A stretch of 64,000 nt of DNA from Octopus bimaculoides. Its lineage: Eukaryota. A model generated the notes under the pieces. It was given only the letters and a program-made list of their open reading frames with translations. It was not told the origin of the DNA and did no database searches. Each line of letters opens with the position of its first letter. Within the stretch, counting starts at the first letter, position 1. The stretch spans positions 28,668,748 through 28,732,747 of the forward strand of contig NC_068984.1 of the NCBI RefSeq assembly GCF_001194135.2, read 5' to 3'. Position numbers and translations under genes: made by a program. Of this stretch, positions 25,881-39,298 are shown in pieces.

Positions 25881-27968
25881 TAGAGGTAGCAGATTGATGC
25901 ACATTTTGAAACAGCACAAAGCTATTCACCAACACACTTAAACATCTTGCCCAGAGGCCTTCTACATCATCTCTCTGCCTTTATATTGCTATTACAATAA
26001 CCTTGGTTGGTTGGTCTTGAGTCACCTCTACACAGAACTCTGAACATTTTCATCTCTCCGGATCTCATTACTCACTCCACATTATATTGTGTCCCACACC
26101 TTGGCTCTATCATAACCACTTTTACTGAATGTTGTTCATTAAGAATTCCTTCCTTGCACATATTTCTTGCACAAAATGTAAACTGCATCAATCTTACAAT
26201 CTTAGAGACTCTGAAAAGGCTACGGGCAATGCTTCATACTTCGATTTTCTCCCCCCTACAAAAGAAATTACTTGACAACGGAAACAATATTAACTTACAA
26301 TATTCTTTCTATGTTGATTGCAGAACTAAATAAGTCAGATTAACAAAAGATAAATTACATAAAAATATATATGAGAAAGAAAAAGGAATATTATAATACT
26401 TTTATCGTTGGATCATTACCAGTGCATGGAAATATGGTGTTTAGCCATACATGCCACAAACTGAGCAGAAAACTTACTCACAACCTCATGCAATCTAGTT
26501 TGTAGAATTCTAATGTCCAGTCACAATTTGTGATGGAGAGATAGTGCACAAAACTAATTCTGTAGTTGTAAGGAGTAGGTGTTAAAATTTTTCTTGCGTG
26601 AAACAAAGCAGTGCAAGGTGGAAGGGAGGTGTTTACAGTTCAGTGTTTCTTTTTTTCCTCTTGCTTTATTATTCAGTGTACTAGAAATGCGCAAGAGAGA
26701 GATGAAAACAAATGTTTGGTTTCAATTTCGTGAGATCCTTTGCTAACAGAAATGTAAGGTTACAAAACACACTATCATCTGAAACAAATGAAAGCAAGAA
26801 ATTGTGGCCAAAGAATTCAAGTGTGCACAAGGAGAAACAAGATGAAACAATATATTGGCAAGATGTAGTAGAAAGACAAAAAGAAAAACAAATCAACTGT
26901 CAGATATACAAATAGCTACTGCTTTTGCTATCACATAAATAAAGATGCCTGATATGCCTGGCTGAGAAATACATCATCACACAGACTTTCTGAGGTGTGG
27001 ATAAAATAACAAAAAGTAGTCAAAGCGTTCAATACTGAGACTTCAGCCTGTCACTACACCAAGTTTCCTCATTTCAATCAAATTCAACAAATCTACTGCT
27101 TGAAGATTCTAGTTTTCTAGTATTTCAAGGTTTTGTTCATACATATGAATGTATGTTTGTGTATGAATATGCTGCTGGGATGCACATAGAAAAGACCAAG
27201 TAAGTCCAAATTGTTAAGATGTTTGCTATAGAAATATAAGACCCTGAGTTTTACAAAACTGTGCAGCACCTTTGGCAAGTATTTACAATGATAGAAGCAG
27301 GGCAACTCACCCTTGAGTAAAGTTGGGTGTGTCAGGATTGTGTAGAAATTTGTAAACTGTAAATCAAACAGCTAAACTTACCATACACTAAGTCATGATG
27401 ATTATGGTTAAAATTTACTAAGACAACTGCCTGTCTACTAGTTAGGCACTTACATTATATATCAGTTACTAGATTGTTTTATTGATTGTTATACATGTAT
27501 AATCATTGCCAACAGAAGATCAATTTACTTATTATTATGGTATGATTGTTTGCATGTGCATGTGTGTGTGTTGGTTTTGCAGAATTGTTAGAATGTTTTT
27601 TCTGACTCACATCATGCTGAGTTCAAATCCCGTAGAAGTCATCCTAGCCTGTCATCTTTTCAATATTGATAAAACCATATCAATCCCAGTGGTGATTAGT
27701 GGAACAGGTACAGTGTCAAACGGAATTTTTAGTGGTCACTGTTCTGGTTCTTTGCATTCTGATTGCAATACCAGCAACAACACTAGTAGCAAGCTTTATT
27801 GACCTTGACTTACCCTTGGAATAACATTAGCAGCATGGGGAGGAGAAATTCTTTATCATCTACAATATATCTTGCTCAGGTTTGCATATGGCCACAGATA
27901 TATTGCCAACCACTAACTGACAGGAGCTTTATATATATGTATATATGTATACATTTATATATATAATA

Positions 27969-28361
27969 GGCACAAGTGTGGCTGTGTGATAAGAAGCTTG
28001 CTTCTCAGACACATGGCTCCAGGTTCAATCCCACTGTGTGGCACCTTGGGTAAGTATCTTCTACTATAGCCTCAGGCTGACCAAAGCCTTATGAGTGGAC
28101 TAGGTAAATGGAAACTGAAAGAAGCTCGTCGTATATACATATATATATATATATCTGTGTGTGTGTCCATGTGTATTTGTCCCTCCATCACTGCTTGACA
28201 ACTGGTGTTGGCGTATTTATATCCTCTTAACTTAGCAGTTTGGCAAAAGAATAAGTGCTAGGCTTAAAAAATAAGTTCTAGGGTCGATTTGTCTGATTAA
28301 AATCTTTGAAGGCTCGGCTCCAGCATGGCCGCATGCCAATGACTGAAACAAATAAAAGAAT
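27969..28361 (+). mobile_element. Full-length tRNA-derived CORE-type SINE (Octopus OR-type family as recalled)
   Basis: Has an A-box-like head (gtggctgtgtgataagaagc), a B-box (ggttcaatccc), a CORE-like block (gtggcaccttgggtaagtatctt), an internal (TA)n and a tail gactgaaacaaataaaagaa. A second copy lies at 34643-34989. Confidence 0.85.
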
Positions 28362-28715
28362 ATACAATGGTCAACACAGCTATAGTGTTTACAGCAGTCA
28401 TGGCATTCAAAGCCTACAGGTGTTACAAAGCCTACAGGTGTAAGTTTTCTTCTTTATTTTAAAGCCCATTTTTCCACACAGAATCCACTGGGGCAGATTT
28501 TCTACAGTTAGATACCTTTCCTGTCACTGAAACTTGCTAGTTTCAGTCAAACTAATATTTTCCCATGTTGTCGAAGAAGATTGAAAATGAATGATGTCTG
28601 AAGGTGAAGTTCATTTGCAACAATTGCATGCTACAGTACTGTGTTGACTGAAATCTCTATTGGCAGATCACTAGTATGTTATTGTAGTTATTTCATTTAA
28701 CTCTACTATTTTTGA

Positions 28716-28758
<43 letters not shown>

Positions 28759-28885
28759 ATCTTTGTTGCCTGAATGAACACACATAAGCAAGAACTTGGA
28801 GGACAAACTACTCTGCAATGTGTGTGAGTGTACGAGAGAGAGAGTGTGAAGATGTTCAGTATTGTCCCATTTACACATCATGCAC

Positions 28886-28920
<35 letters not shown>

Positions 28921-29580
28921 CGCATACAGAAAGTGAGAGAGAAAGAAAGAATGGGAAGGAGAATGTACAAGCATTATGATTGGACTACAAAATACTGAAA
29001 GTACATCATACAAGCTTGCAGTGGAACATTTACCATCTGTTATATAAACATTTCCATATTCATGAATATAATATATATGGTTATTTCAGAATATGATATC
29101 ATGAGGTTTGCGAATTTAAACTAGTGTCATCCAACAATGAGTTGCAAATTAAGATGCACTGTATTTGTTCTTTATTTTTCCCCAGCAACTTTTGGGTTTT
29201 CTATTTTCTGCTGCCTTTAGTCATTGAGATAACACTATGTTGTACCTTCAAGGGTACATCTTAGTACCTTCATTTAGTATTCATTACAATAATTGTTACA
29301 TGTTTCTTGATCTTAGGATGAAATGAACAATGAACTTAAGTGGGGTTTGAATTCAGAATGCAACTAAATAGAACTGTCTGTTTTGTTTAATACTCAACTG
29401 ATTCTAACATCCATCCACCATGAGAAAAAAAAACGAAAAAAATCAAATTGCATAAAATATCAAAAAGAGTACAAATGAAATAATATTGGATTGATATACA
29501 CAGAGGACATTAGAAATTCAGCTAATATTTTAACACAAAGAAAAAATGTTCAAGTCAGATGGTAATATTATTAACACTGC

Positions 29581-29616
<36 letters not shown>

Positions 29617-30269
29617 TATAATTATTAGTATTATTACTATTGTTATTGTTTCCGATATTATGTGCTTAATACAGAGCTAGTAAACCTCCATTCCCATATA
29701 AAGAAATGATAGGTTATTGTTTTCTTGAAAATTGCTCTGAAAGAAGAAAAAAAACAATATAGATCTCATCACTTTTGCCATCTGCCACAAACAGATATGA
29801 TTTGCATTAAATGGTTGAAAAGACAGAATATTATTTTCATATATATTATTAATTACACAAACCTCTTCATCAATATATTATTCTGCAATCATAATTGCTT
29901 ACTTTAAGTTTGTGGGTGTTCAGGTGTAAGGGAGAGTTTATATGAAATTACAATTTTTTTTTTGTAACTGTTAGTGATAGATTTTAATTACTATTTTACT
30001 AAAAATAGATTTCATTTGATAATTATATCTAAAATAAATTTAAAACCTGACTTTTTACATGCAAATTCACATATACTAATACACACTAATGGAGAAACAA
30101 AGATATACATGTATTCCAGCATATAAACACAAGTACATAGACACAAACACTTATGTTACAAAGCATCAGGTTTTATGATATGTTAATCATTACTATTTGA
30201 GTTCCATTCCATTATGAATATTATCATAGCCAAGAAGACCCACCCACCACAACACAGTTGAGCTCCCAA

Positions 30270-30475
30270 ACCAAAGTACCTTGTAAAAAGCATTGGTGTG
30301 GGTGCTGGTGCCATGTAAAAAGCACCCAGTACACCCTATAAAGTGGTTGGCATTAGAAAGTTATCTGTTGAAAACAAACCAAAACAGACTATGGAACCTG
30401 GTGCAGCCCCTGACCTTGCCATTCAACCCATGCTACCATTGAAAATGGATGTTAAATGTTGATGATGGCTGATGA
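30270..30475 (+). mobile_element. RTE-type 3' tail fragment
   Basis: Reads gtgccatgtaaaaagcacccagtacaccctataaagtggttggcattagaaag...caacccatgctaccattgaaaatggatgttaaatgttgatgat. Confidence 0.75.
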
Positions 30476-30759
30476 TATCAGGAAATTATAGTGACTTTCT
30501 CTTGTAAGGACTTCAACACATTTTAAAAAAATGCAAAATAATTTGTTATAAACGTTTCCTATGTTAATTATCATTACTAATGTACAAGTTATGTTAAGAC
30601 ATCTGCACTATAAGTATGAATTCTACCCTATTCATCTCCCAAAATGTGGAATGATGTGGCTGAAAACAAAAAAGAAAGCTGTGTTCAAAAAGACCCAGCT
30701 GCCTCAACAAATGTAAGGTCTTGAAAGCATGATGTTTATGTCTAAACACTTACTGGGCC

Positions 30760-31650
30760 TTGTTTAGCTTCTCATCTATCCTCATCAGGCCTTCTCCACC
30801 TCTCATCTTACACCTATTCCACCACTCTTCTATGGCATGATTCTGTGATTATAATCATATCATACGATGCACATATTTCACTCCCCTTTGTGTTAACAGT
30901 TACCTCCCACTCCTCCCAGAACCTCTTCCTCTCAAAATACCTCACTCATTCTCAACATCATCCCTTTCTATTTTATTTTCCATTAATCACCCCTTTCTGT
31001 GCCTCCTGTTATCTATCTCTCTCCTCTGAGGTACATCTTATGACTGCCATTACCTTATCTTTAACATCCTTTTTTATCTGCTCTCACTCTCATTGCCTTG
31101 TCATATGTCATTGATGACCTCCCTTCACTAATCCATCTCTGTCATGGGACATATCTCTTTTTCAACTGCCCTGATTCCCCAACTTTATTATACCCTTCTT
31201 ATATCGTCTCTCTATTTTCCAATCTACCTACTGCTTTCTTCACTTCCTGTGCAGCCTCTTATCACCTCCTCCTTCTTGAGCCACTCCCCCCCCCATACTG
31301 ATATTTACTTTCAACCACACTCCACTCTGGCTCCATTTACTACATTCACTGCTACATCCATCTCTAACTATATGTCACTTTTCTTATGTCCTCAGATGAA
31401 CTTAACCACCCACCTTTCCCAATTCTTTGCCCATTTTCTCTCTTATATTCATCTTCTGCAAATTACCTGATGACTTCACTAGTACTAGTGTCAAGAAAAC
31501 CACCAAGTACCATCTGTAAAGTGGTTGGCATTAGGAAAAGCATCCAGTAGTACATGCCAAGGTAGAAAATGGAGCACAATGCAGTTCTCTAGCTCACTGG
31601 ATCCTTTTAAACTGTTCAACCCAAACCAGACATGAATTAGATGAGGATTT
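30760..31650 (+). mobile_element. Long pyrimidine-rich tract followed by an RTE-type tail
   Basis: About 700 bp of CT-rich sequence is followed by gtaaagtggttggcattaggaaaagcatccag...caacccaaacc. The same architecture appears at 2440, 40360 and 59915. Confidence 0.55.
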
Positions 31651-32159
31651 CCATGCTGTCATGAACTGGACAGATGTTCATTGCCTGAATTGGTTCTTAC
31701 TTGGAGTCAGTGTTTGCTTAGATTGGTTGTGACGTACAGCTGGTTGCTGGTTCCAATTTAAGAACTGTTTTTACAGCTAGATGTATAATATCAACCACTT
31801 TATAGAGTATACCTGAATACATTTTATCATGGTACCAGCATTACAAAGATTCTCTTGTCCTTAGGAAGACTAAAAAGCCCTCTAAAGCTCTCCATCAACT
31901 TCCCCAGCTTAGACAATTTAATAAGTGCCTTTTGCATTGCTCCTCATCCTAAAAATATTTCAAAAACATTACTCTTATATCACAAGATGTTATTAAATGT
32001 AGAATGTGAGCCTGAAACATCCAGAACATACTTTAACAATAGTGTGTGCATTATTTGCTTCATGTTTCATAAAAATCTAGTTCTAAATATTGGTAGATCA
32101 TCAGATACTTTAATTCATTCTTAGAAACTAATTTGAGCACAAATGAGATAGTGTTTTGA

Positions 32160-32720
32160 AATGCTTCCTAGAAGTAGTCAATAGCTTGTTTCTTAGGTGA
32201 CCAAATTGCAGTGGTGAAGTGGCTTCTGAAAGCATTGTGACTTGAGACTCAAGTAAAGAACAAAATGGAAAATGGACAGTTAGCAAACAAAACAAAAAAC
32301 AAAATCCTCTCTCTGGGTGAAGCACAGTATGAGTGATACTGCATGATAACAAATTATGGGCATTGAAGGAAGAAGATGTGCAAATGCTTAGAAAGAAATG
32401 AGGTGATTATGCTATACTGGATGAGCAATGTCAATGCTCAAGAATTATAGAGCACAAGTGAGCTGTAGAAAAATTAATAAGTGAAATCAAATTTCATGAG
32501 CAAGAGAGAAGTTTGAGATTATGTGGACATGGGATGCAAATAGAGGTTGATATTTGAGTTAAGCAATGACAAGAAACCTTGGGGAGAGGAGTCTGCAGAA
32601 GATAAAATCAAATAAAACACAGGAAGAAGTGGTGAAACTCATGAATGAAAGGACAAAGGACCATAAAAAAGGTTGGTATGATGTTGCTGCCAGAGTGGAC
32701 CTACACAACCTATGTAATCA
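32160..32720 (+). mobile_element. Decayed RTE-clade LINE ORF2 C-terminal fragment
   Basis: Frameshifted translation includes VILHDNKLWALKEEDVQML, RNEVIMLYWMSNV and QERSLRLCGHGMQ, matching RTE motifs MLHGSETW...LERNEASMLRWM...QERRLRWYGHVMR. Confidence 0.7.
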
Positions 32721-33216
32721 ATGGAAAGAATAGAAAAAAATAGAAGAAAGCCAAACAACTAACCAAAAAGAATAAAAAATGAAAGCTATGTATGGTGTTA
32801 ATTAATGCTGCTGCTGATGATGATGATAGTGAATGAAAGCAATTTGCATTGGTGTCAATGTTTTTGTGAAATTAAACAAAAATCAAAGAACGTTTAGAAT
32901 TGAAAATAGTTGCAAGTTAATATATTAGAAATATATTATTTTTCTGAATGGAGTAAAACAATAAAAAGTAAATAAGAAGTATGAATAACCTAAAAAAAAT
33001 TGTTTTAACTGTTTTACACACATGCACACAATCAGACAAGACAAAAAATACTGTGTTATGTTAATTACTTCATGAGAATAAACAGTTTCTTGGCAAAATA
33101 TTATATATTCTTAGGACTGGTTATTAGTCATGATCTAAGTGGTTTGAGTATAATTAATGATAAACTATTTCATGTACAAAACAATGTTATTGATTTCATC
33201 ATCATCATTAACATTA

Positions 33217-34440
33217 GTATTATTGTTATTATTATTATTACTTCTATAGAGCTATTGCACACTGCTTTAGTAGGAAGGAATGGTGTTTTGAGGTTTGGCA
33301 GCAACAAATCTCCTCACATCTAAAAGAACTTTAAGATTGTTGTAGATTACAGAATGGTACTTTTCTGCAGGTTGTCTAAACTTGAATATCCCCTAGCCTC
33401 CTAGGTAGTACTTTGTGTGTTGTGCCAGGTGTACCAATCTCCGAAGGAATAACTGTCACCCTTGTTTCCTATGGTCTCTTTGCCTCTTTTGCTAGGTGCT
33501 GATATTTTTCTAGGTTCTCAATTTCTTTTATGATGTGATATTGAAAAGTCTACGTTTTACACATGATCTTACCTCTTCAATAATTTCTGTTCTACTTGCT
33601 GCAATAGCAAGGCCAGCCTTTATGGAGAAATTCCATAACATTCTGTACTTATTATTCCCTATCACAGCCCCTGGCTCATGTTAATACCACTTTTCTATCA
33701 CTCTGAATCCACACAATTGGCTAAAGTCGTTATGCAGTCTTTTACCAATGTAATCATGTCTGCATTCATACTAATTTTGTGCTAGTTTACTGTATTCACA
33801 TAAGAGATGGTTAATACTTTCATCTCTTTTTCCACAGGTTCTGTGTTTGCTCTCTCACTGAATTTAATAAATATTAACTTTATCAAATTTATTGCGATGT
33901 CTTGTTCCTAATGGCTATAATAAACAATTCAGTTTCACATTTCAGGTTTCCATCTGTCAACCACAATAATCCTTACTTCCAAAATTCTCAGTTAGTTGCA
34001 TGAATTAATCATGTAATTCCTTCTCTTTCCAGCCATTTATTGTGTCACTCTTCTTTCTATTTTTGAATTCTCTCACTGTTTCAGTGACTTTATGGATATT
34101 TCTGGTTGCAGACAGTATTCTCTCTTCACTACGCACAGCATGGTTTTTCAACCCCAATATTGCAGTACTAATTAATGATGTTTTCAGAGTTTAATAAGCC
34201 TTTGCTGCCTTCCTTTCTTGGTACATATTGCCTGTCAATTTTAGGTGGCATGCACTGTACATTGTGAGCAGCTTCCTAGTCCTTTTCTCTAAATCCTGGA
34301 GCTTTGTCTTTGTCCATTTTAGAAAATAGCAGAGTATCTTCATACTGGCATAGTCCATGTATTCAATGCTTTGATAATGTTCCCTCCATTTAGTTTGGTC
34401 TCAAGCACCTTCCTAATCCTTCTTTTGTACTCTCTGGGAT
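33217..34440 (-). mobile_element. 5'-truncated R4/Dong-clade LINE remnant (RT C-terminus, CCHC knuckle, restriction-like endonuclease) with (TAA)n tail
   Basis: Minus-strand peptides include EYKRRIRKVLETKLNGGNIIKALNTW, RTRKLLTMYSACH, YVPRKEGSKGL, CGKRDESINHLLCEYSKLAQN*YECRHD, LEKYQHLAKE and DNLQKSTIL. There are many stops and frameshifts. The (TAA)n tail is at 33217-33240. Confidence 0.85.
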
Positions 34441-34642
34441 AAAGAGATTTAGAAAACTAGATTAGCTGTTCATTTTGTATCATATTTTGTATCACAAAGA
34501 ATGCTTTTACTAGTATTCATAAAAATGTATTAAATTCAGGAATGTGTGGTGGAAATTTTGAAATTCAATAATTTGGAAAATTACTAAGGGTAACAATGAA
34601 CTGAATAATATACAGGAGCCTTTTTAGGAAATTTAGTAACAT

Positions 34643-34989
34643 AGGTGCTGGAGTAGCTGTGTGGTAAGAAGCTTGCTTCCCAACCACATGGTTATGGGTT
34701 GTCCCACAGTGTGGCACCTTGGGCAAGTGTCTTCTATTATGGCCTTGGGCCAACCAAAGCCTTGGGAGTGGATTTGGTAGATGGAAACTGTGTGTGTTTG
34801 TGTGTCTGTATTTCTCCTCCCATCATCGCTTACCAACTGATGTGTGTTTATGTCCCCATAAACTAGTAGTTTGGCAAAAGGGATCGATAGAATAAGGCTT
34901 ACAAAGAATAAGTTCTGGAATCGATTTGTTAGACTAAAGGTGGTGCTCCAGCATGACCGCAGTCAAATGACTGAAACAAGTAAAAGAAT
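34643..34989 (+). mobile_element. Full-length tRNA-derived CORE-type SINE (same family as 27969-28361)
   Basis: Reads gtagctgtgtggtaagaagcttgcttcccaaccacatgg...gtggcaccttgggcaagtgtctt...ggtgctccagcatgaccgcagtcaaatgactgaaacaagtaaaagaa. Confidence 0.88.
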
Positions 34990-36721
34990 AGTTGTGCACA
35001 TAACTGAGTGTTTTGTTGCAATTACAAAGTCCTAGGTTTGATTCAATTATACAGCACTTTTGGTATGTGTCTTCTTGTGTAGCATTGTGAGTTGAATTTA
35101 GTAAGACAAAAACTGAATAAGTCCAGTGTATATATGTTTCTGTGGTTGTTTATTAGTATAAACTAGTGTGATGTCAAAAAGTTTAACTAAGTGGTTCAAT
35201 AAATATAGTGCAATTAAAAATAGAAGAGATGTATGTGTCCATAAATAGATATATATGTAACACATGCATATATACATATGCACACACAAACACACACGTT
35301 TATATATACATACATATACAACTGTATATGTATAAATACATACATACACAATTGTATATACATATATACATGTACATATAAATGTATGTGTGTATAATTG
35401 TATTTACATATATATCTGTGCGTGTGTGTGTATATGTGTATGTATGTGTGCACATATATCTAATGTTCACCCCCCCCCCCCCCCCACACACACACACTCA
35501 ATGCCAATTTAAATTTCTTAGACTTAGATCATTTGAAATTTGTTTCACAGCTTGTATGAACAATTGCTATGTAATAGTAATTATGATAATGATCATCGAA
35601 ATGATTACAGTGGAGCGTTTCTAGTAAATTAAACGTGGCAAAGAAAATGCAATGCAAGAGTTTTAAACAATTTTTCTGTTCATAAAAGTTTTATAGTCTA
35701 TCAATATAACTTGACATAGAATGCTTTTTCATCTTGCACAGCTGAAGTATATAAAAATGAAGATGACTGAAATCTGGCTCTAACTTCAATAGCAGAAGAT
35801 TTTATTTTGCTTCTATAATTTCTTCGTGAACTTCATTTCATAGAAGTCATACATATTCTTTTGAAGCTACAAATCAAACATTTCAAGCAAGCGAAAAAAT
35901 ATTTTCCAAATTGATGACCGTTTTAAGAACTTGCTCAGATACAAAACACAATCAAATATTTGCTATTCTCTTCCAACTGTGAGATGCTTGCCAATGATAC
36001 TAAAGCATAACTTCTATCTTAAATATAAACTATGGGAACATTTAAAATTATGTTGTCTCACATTTTTGACAATCTCTAACATAGAAAATATTTATTAAAC
36101 AAAGCTTTCAGTAATATATCACAGATGAGTTCTGATGAGAGCACAATATAATGAAAAGAGAATTTAATTTAACATATACATATCATGTTGGTATTTCTGT
36201 TAATTCTATGGTTAACATTACATAGTTATGGGATTCTCATGATATGATTTGAGCTTAGAAGCAAATGGAAAAAGTGTTGATTTCTTAATAAAAGAAATTA
36301 TCTTGTTTACCATATTACTATATCGGTAATCACTGGAATTATGTACTTGAAGAGAGAAGTAGTTGCCTATTTTAATAGTGGTGTCCAATTTCAATCATCA
36401 TGCAATTTTTCAGTTTTTCATTTTTAAACATTAAATTTCACTACTTCTCATTCATGTAGTTAACATTGTTAACATTCCAACATTTATACAAATAAACCAG
36501 GAATAATTTCTTAAGTTTAATAGGGATATGCTGCTTGTCAGGTATCTTTCTTCTTTAAGATTTGTGATGTGATGATAGTGTACCTGTTACAACATTAAGA
36601 ATGTGTGACAATACTTTTAAAGATTTAGGCAATCATTATTTGACAGCTAAACTTTCTTGATGTACCATAATAGTCAATAATGATAATAATGATGATAATA
36701 ATAATGATAATAATACAATCC

Positions 36722-37076
36722 ATTAAAATTTGAAATTGCAAGAATTTGGAAAATAAAAATTGTAAAGGTTGTACCTATAATAATTGGTGCAGTGGTAACT
36801 GGAAGCAAAGATATATACAAATGGTTGAAAGTGATAAGAATAGAATGCCCTGTAGTGCTTCTACAGAAAGTTTGCCTCTAATTGACAGGAAAGACTGTCA
36901 GGAGGCTCTTAAGCACTTGAAAAACTAGTGAAAGATTGTAGATACCTAAGGTTACAGGTAGTAACTTGCTACCCAAATAAATTCTACCAGGAATAAGAAC
37001 AAACCTGAGTCAAATCAATGATAATAATAATAATAATAATAATAATAATAGTAATAATAATAATAATAGTAATAAT
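36722..37076 (+). mobile_element. Short 3' end of a second R4/Dong-clade LINE embedded in a (TAA)n microsatellite
   Basis: Translation LKFEIARIWKIKIVKVVPIIIGAVVTGSKDIYKWLKVIRIECPVVLLQKVCL*LTGKTVRRLLST* matches the R4/Dong endonuclease C-terminus. TAA-type repeats lie on both sides (about 36675-36713 and 37021-37076). Confidence 0.75.
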
Positions 37077-37826
37077 AACAAGAGAGCGGAAACCTCCGTC
37101 AATACAACACCAACATCCTCTCAACAATTAACCAATGATTTTTAAAATGAGAATATCTGAAATAAAATCGACTGCCCTCAGAAATGCGAATACTAAAAAT
37201 GAACCCAACCACTCTCAAACATAAAAATAATCCAAATATATATATATTGAGTGAGAGGTGAAGGGAGAGGAATAAAATACTAATACAGTGAAGGAGAAGT
37301 AGTGAGAGTAATAGCCTTGACTGAGATGGAGTGAGAGAAAGTAATGACAATGAGAAAGATGAAACAAAGTGGCAAAGAGAGCGCCGTATAAATGAGAAAG
37401 GAAGGGGTGATAGATGAGTAACAAAGGAAGGAGTGAAAAAGCCAATAAACAGCATTTGAAGTGTGAGTACATGTATGTGTAGAATAGAAGTATGTTTGCA
37501 TGCATGCGTGTACAATGGAAATGAGATGCTAATGTTCAATGCTGAAAATGTGTGAGTATATGTGTGTATGTGTGTGCATGTACAAGAAGACTGAAATTTT
37601 ACATATACATGTAAAGTAAAGAAAATATAAAAAATAATCCAGAATCCTTGTCCAGCACCGGATCAATTCCAAAATCTAATGAGACTATGCCAGTCACAAG
37701 GCCAAACATCCCTGAAAGTTTCATTCAAATCCATTTGGCAGTTTTTGAGATACCTTGTCCATGGACATATAAACAAATAAACACGACTGAAAACAATACC
37801 TCCGACTTTGCTTAGGCAGAGGTAAT
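37077..37826 (+). mobile_element. Helentron/HINE-like non-autonomous element carrying an internal insertion
   Basis: The 5' end aacaagagagcggaaacctccg and 3' end gaaaacaatacctccgactttgcttaggcagaggtaat form subterminal inverted repeats plus a 3' stem-loop. Homologous pieces lie at 43001-43352 and 43753-43922. Being a repeat is certain; the Helentron classification is inferred from structure. Confidence 0.65.
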
Positions 37827-39264
37827 AACTGATTAAAATTTTGGCACAAGGTCAGCAATTTTGGAGAAGGAAGTTAAGTCAATTACATTGACCCTACTTC
37901 TCTGCTGGTACTTATTTTATCAGCCATCAAAAGGATAAAAGCAAAATTGATTAGTAGAATTTGAACTGCAATATAGCAATCTGGTTATTGTTCACCAATA
38001 TTTAGTTAAGAAAATTCTGTGAAATTCATCTGAAACTTCTGAAGCAGCAAGAATCGTTTGTAATTTATAACCACCATCTTTAAATGGATTATTAAACTTT
38101 TGAAACAGAAAAATGGAGCATTCAAAATTTAAGTTACACCACTTAAATGTGGTGAGACAGCCAACAGATGTCCAAATAAAGAGAAGCCAGTAAGGTTTTT
38201 TTTTTTTAATATGACTTAAATGTTGAACAGTATAACTGCTAATTGAAACTGAGAATAGAATAAGTCAACTATTTATTCAAAGGTTATTGGTACAACAATG
38301 CCATCTATTTAAATCAATGCTGAAAGACTGTTCTTCATTTAAAATAATCAAATCAGATTGTAGGGCTTTTACGGAGGCAGATCTGGAAGATGCAATACCA
38401 TTTCTAAGAACAAGATGTTAGTAAATTTAGATTTGAATTGTTTATTTTAACTTCTAATCTTTAAACACAATATTTCTTCAATAAAGTTTGCAGGGAATAA
38501 ACTTTTTAATCTTTTACAATCTTTCATTTTTTTTTTCATTTCAAGTTATCTTTTGTGTTCCATTCACTTACATTTTATATTCAAACAATGTATTAATCTC
38601 AAAAAGATAGGGTTATGTATCTAAATGAATTTATATATTTTAAAATGTTTATTTCTTAAGTTGCTTCATGAGTTCAGATTTTTACTTTTAACTTTGAATC
38701 CTTTGCAGTAGGATGTGCTTTAAATTTTTGAACTGGTAAACAAAGATGTTTCCTGGTTTTTTAATAGTATTTTTATAGTTAAAATTTTTTATAGCCTTTT
38801 ATTTTATAGTCTTTTGATGAAAAAGCATAGCCTCTTTTTAATTTTGTAAGTTTCGTCTAATGCTTAGTGTTACTCAATGTTTGTAAATTTTTGAATGAAT
38901 AATATGTAAAACAGCCATGGCCTAATTATAGTCTTTAAATGTGAACTTTAACAGGCTAGAGTACTAAAAAGTAGTGTGATAATTTAGATTGGCAGTGATA
39001 AAATTCTTTGTTGCGTGCTTTCAATGAATAAAAGAAATTTATGATTAGTCTAGTAATAAATAGTGGGGTCAGAGGTAGAGTAAGCAATACCATAAATTGA
39101 GGAGTTAGTGTCAAAGGTTTTGTGAACTATTTCTATTGCTATGGACATCCAGTCTAGGACATCCATTCATCAGCAACTGTGTTTCTTAATATATGCAATT
39201 TCATGGATGGTTTTACAAGTATGAGCACATATTTATGTAATATGCTACAGCATGCATCCCCCCT

Positions 39265-39298
<34 letters not shown>

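Noticed and set aside
27814-27915. Strong minus-strand donor (AAGG|GTAAGT) with an upstream CAG, a candidate exon
   Set aside because: All three frames contain stops and there is no Ig-like sequence. It cannot be excluded as a non-coding exon, but there is no support.
27969-28040. tRNA-like A/B boxes (also 8510-8580, 16320-16345 and 34643-34710)
   Set aside because: These are SINE heads. They have no complete cloverleaf and are followed by CORE-type or other SINE bodies.
28408-28441. Short tandem duplications (caaagcctacaggtgt twice; similar ones near 56561-56592 and 58433-58463)
   Set aside because: These are ordinary slippage-type duplications with two units only.
35468-35484. Poly-C run (G-quadruplex potential on the gene strand); poly-G at 54711-54721
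   Set aside because: These are isolated homopolymers within or near microsatellite tracts, with no supporting context.
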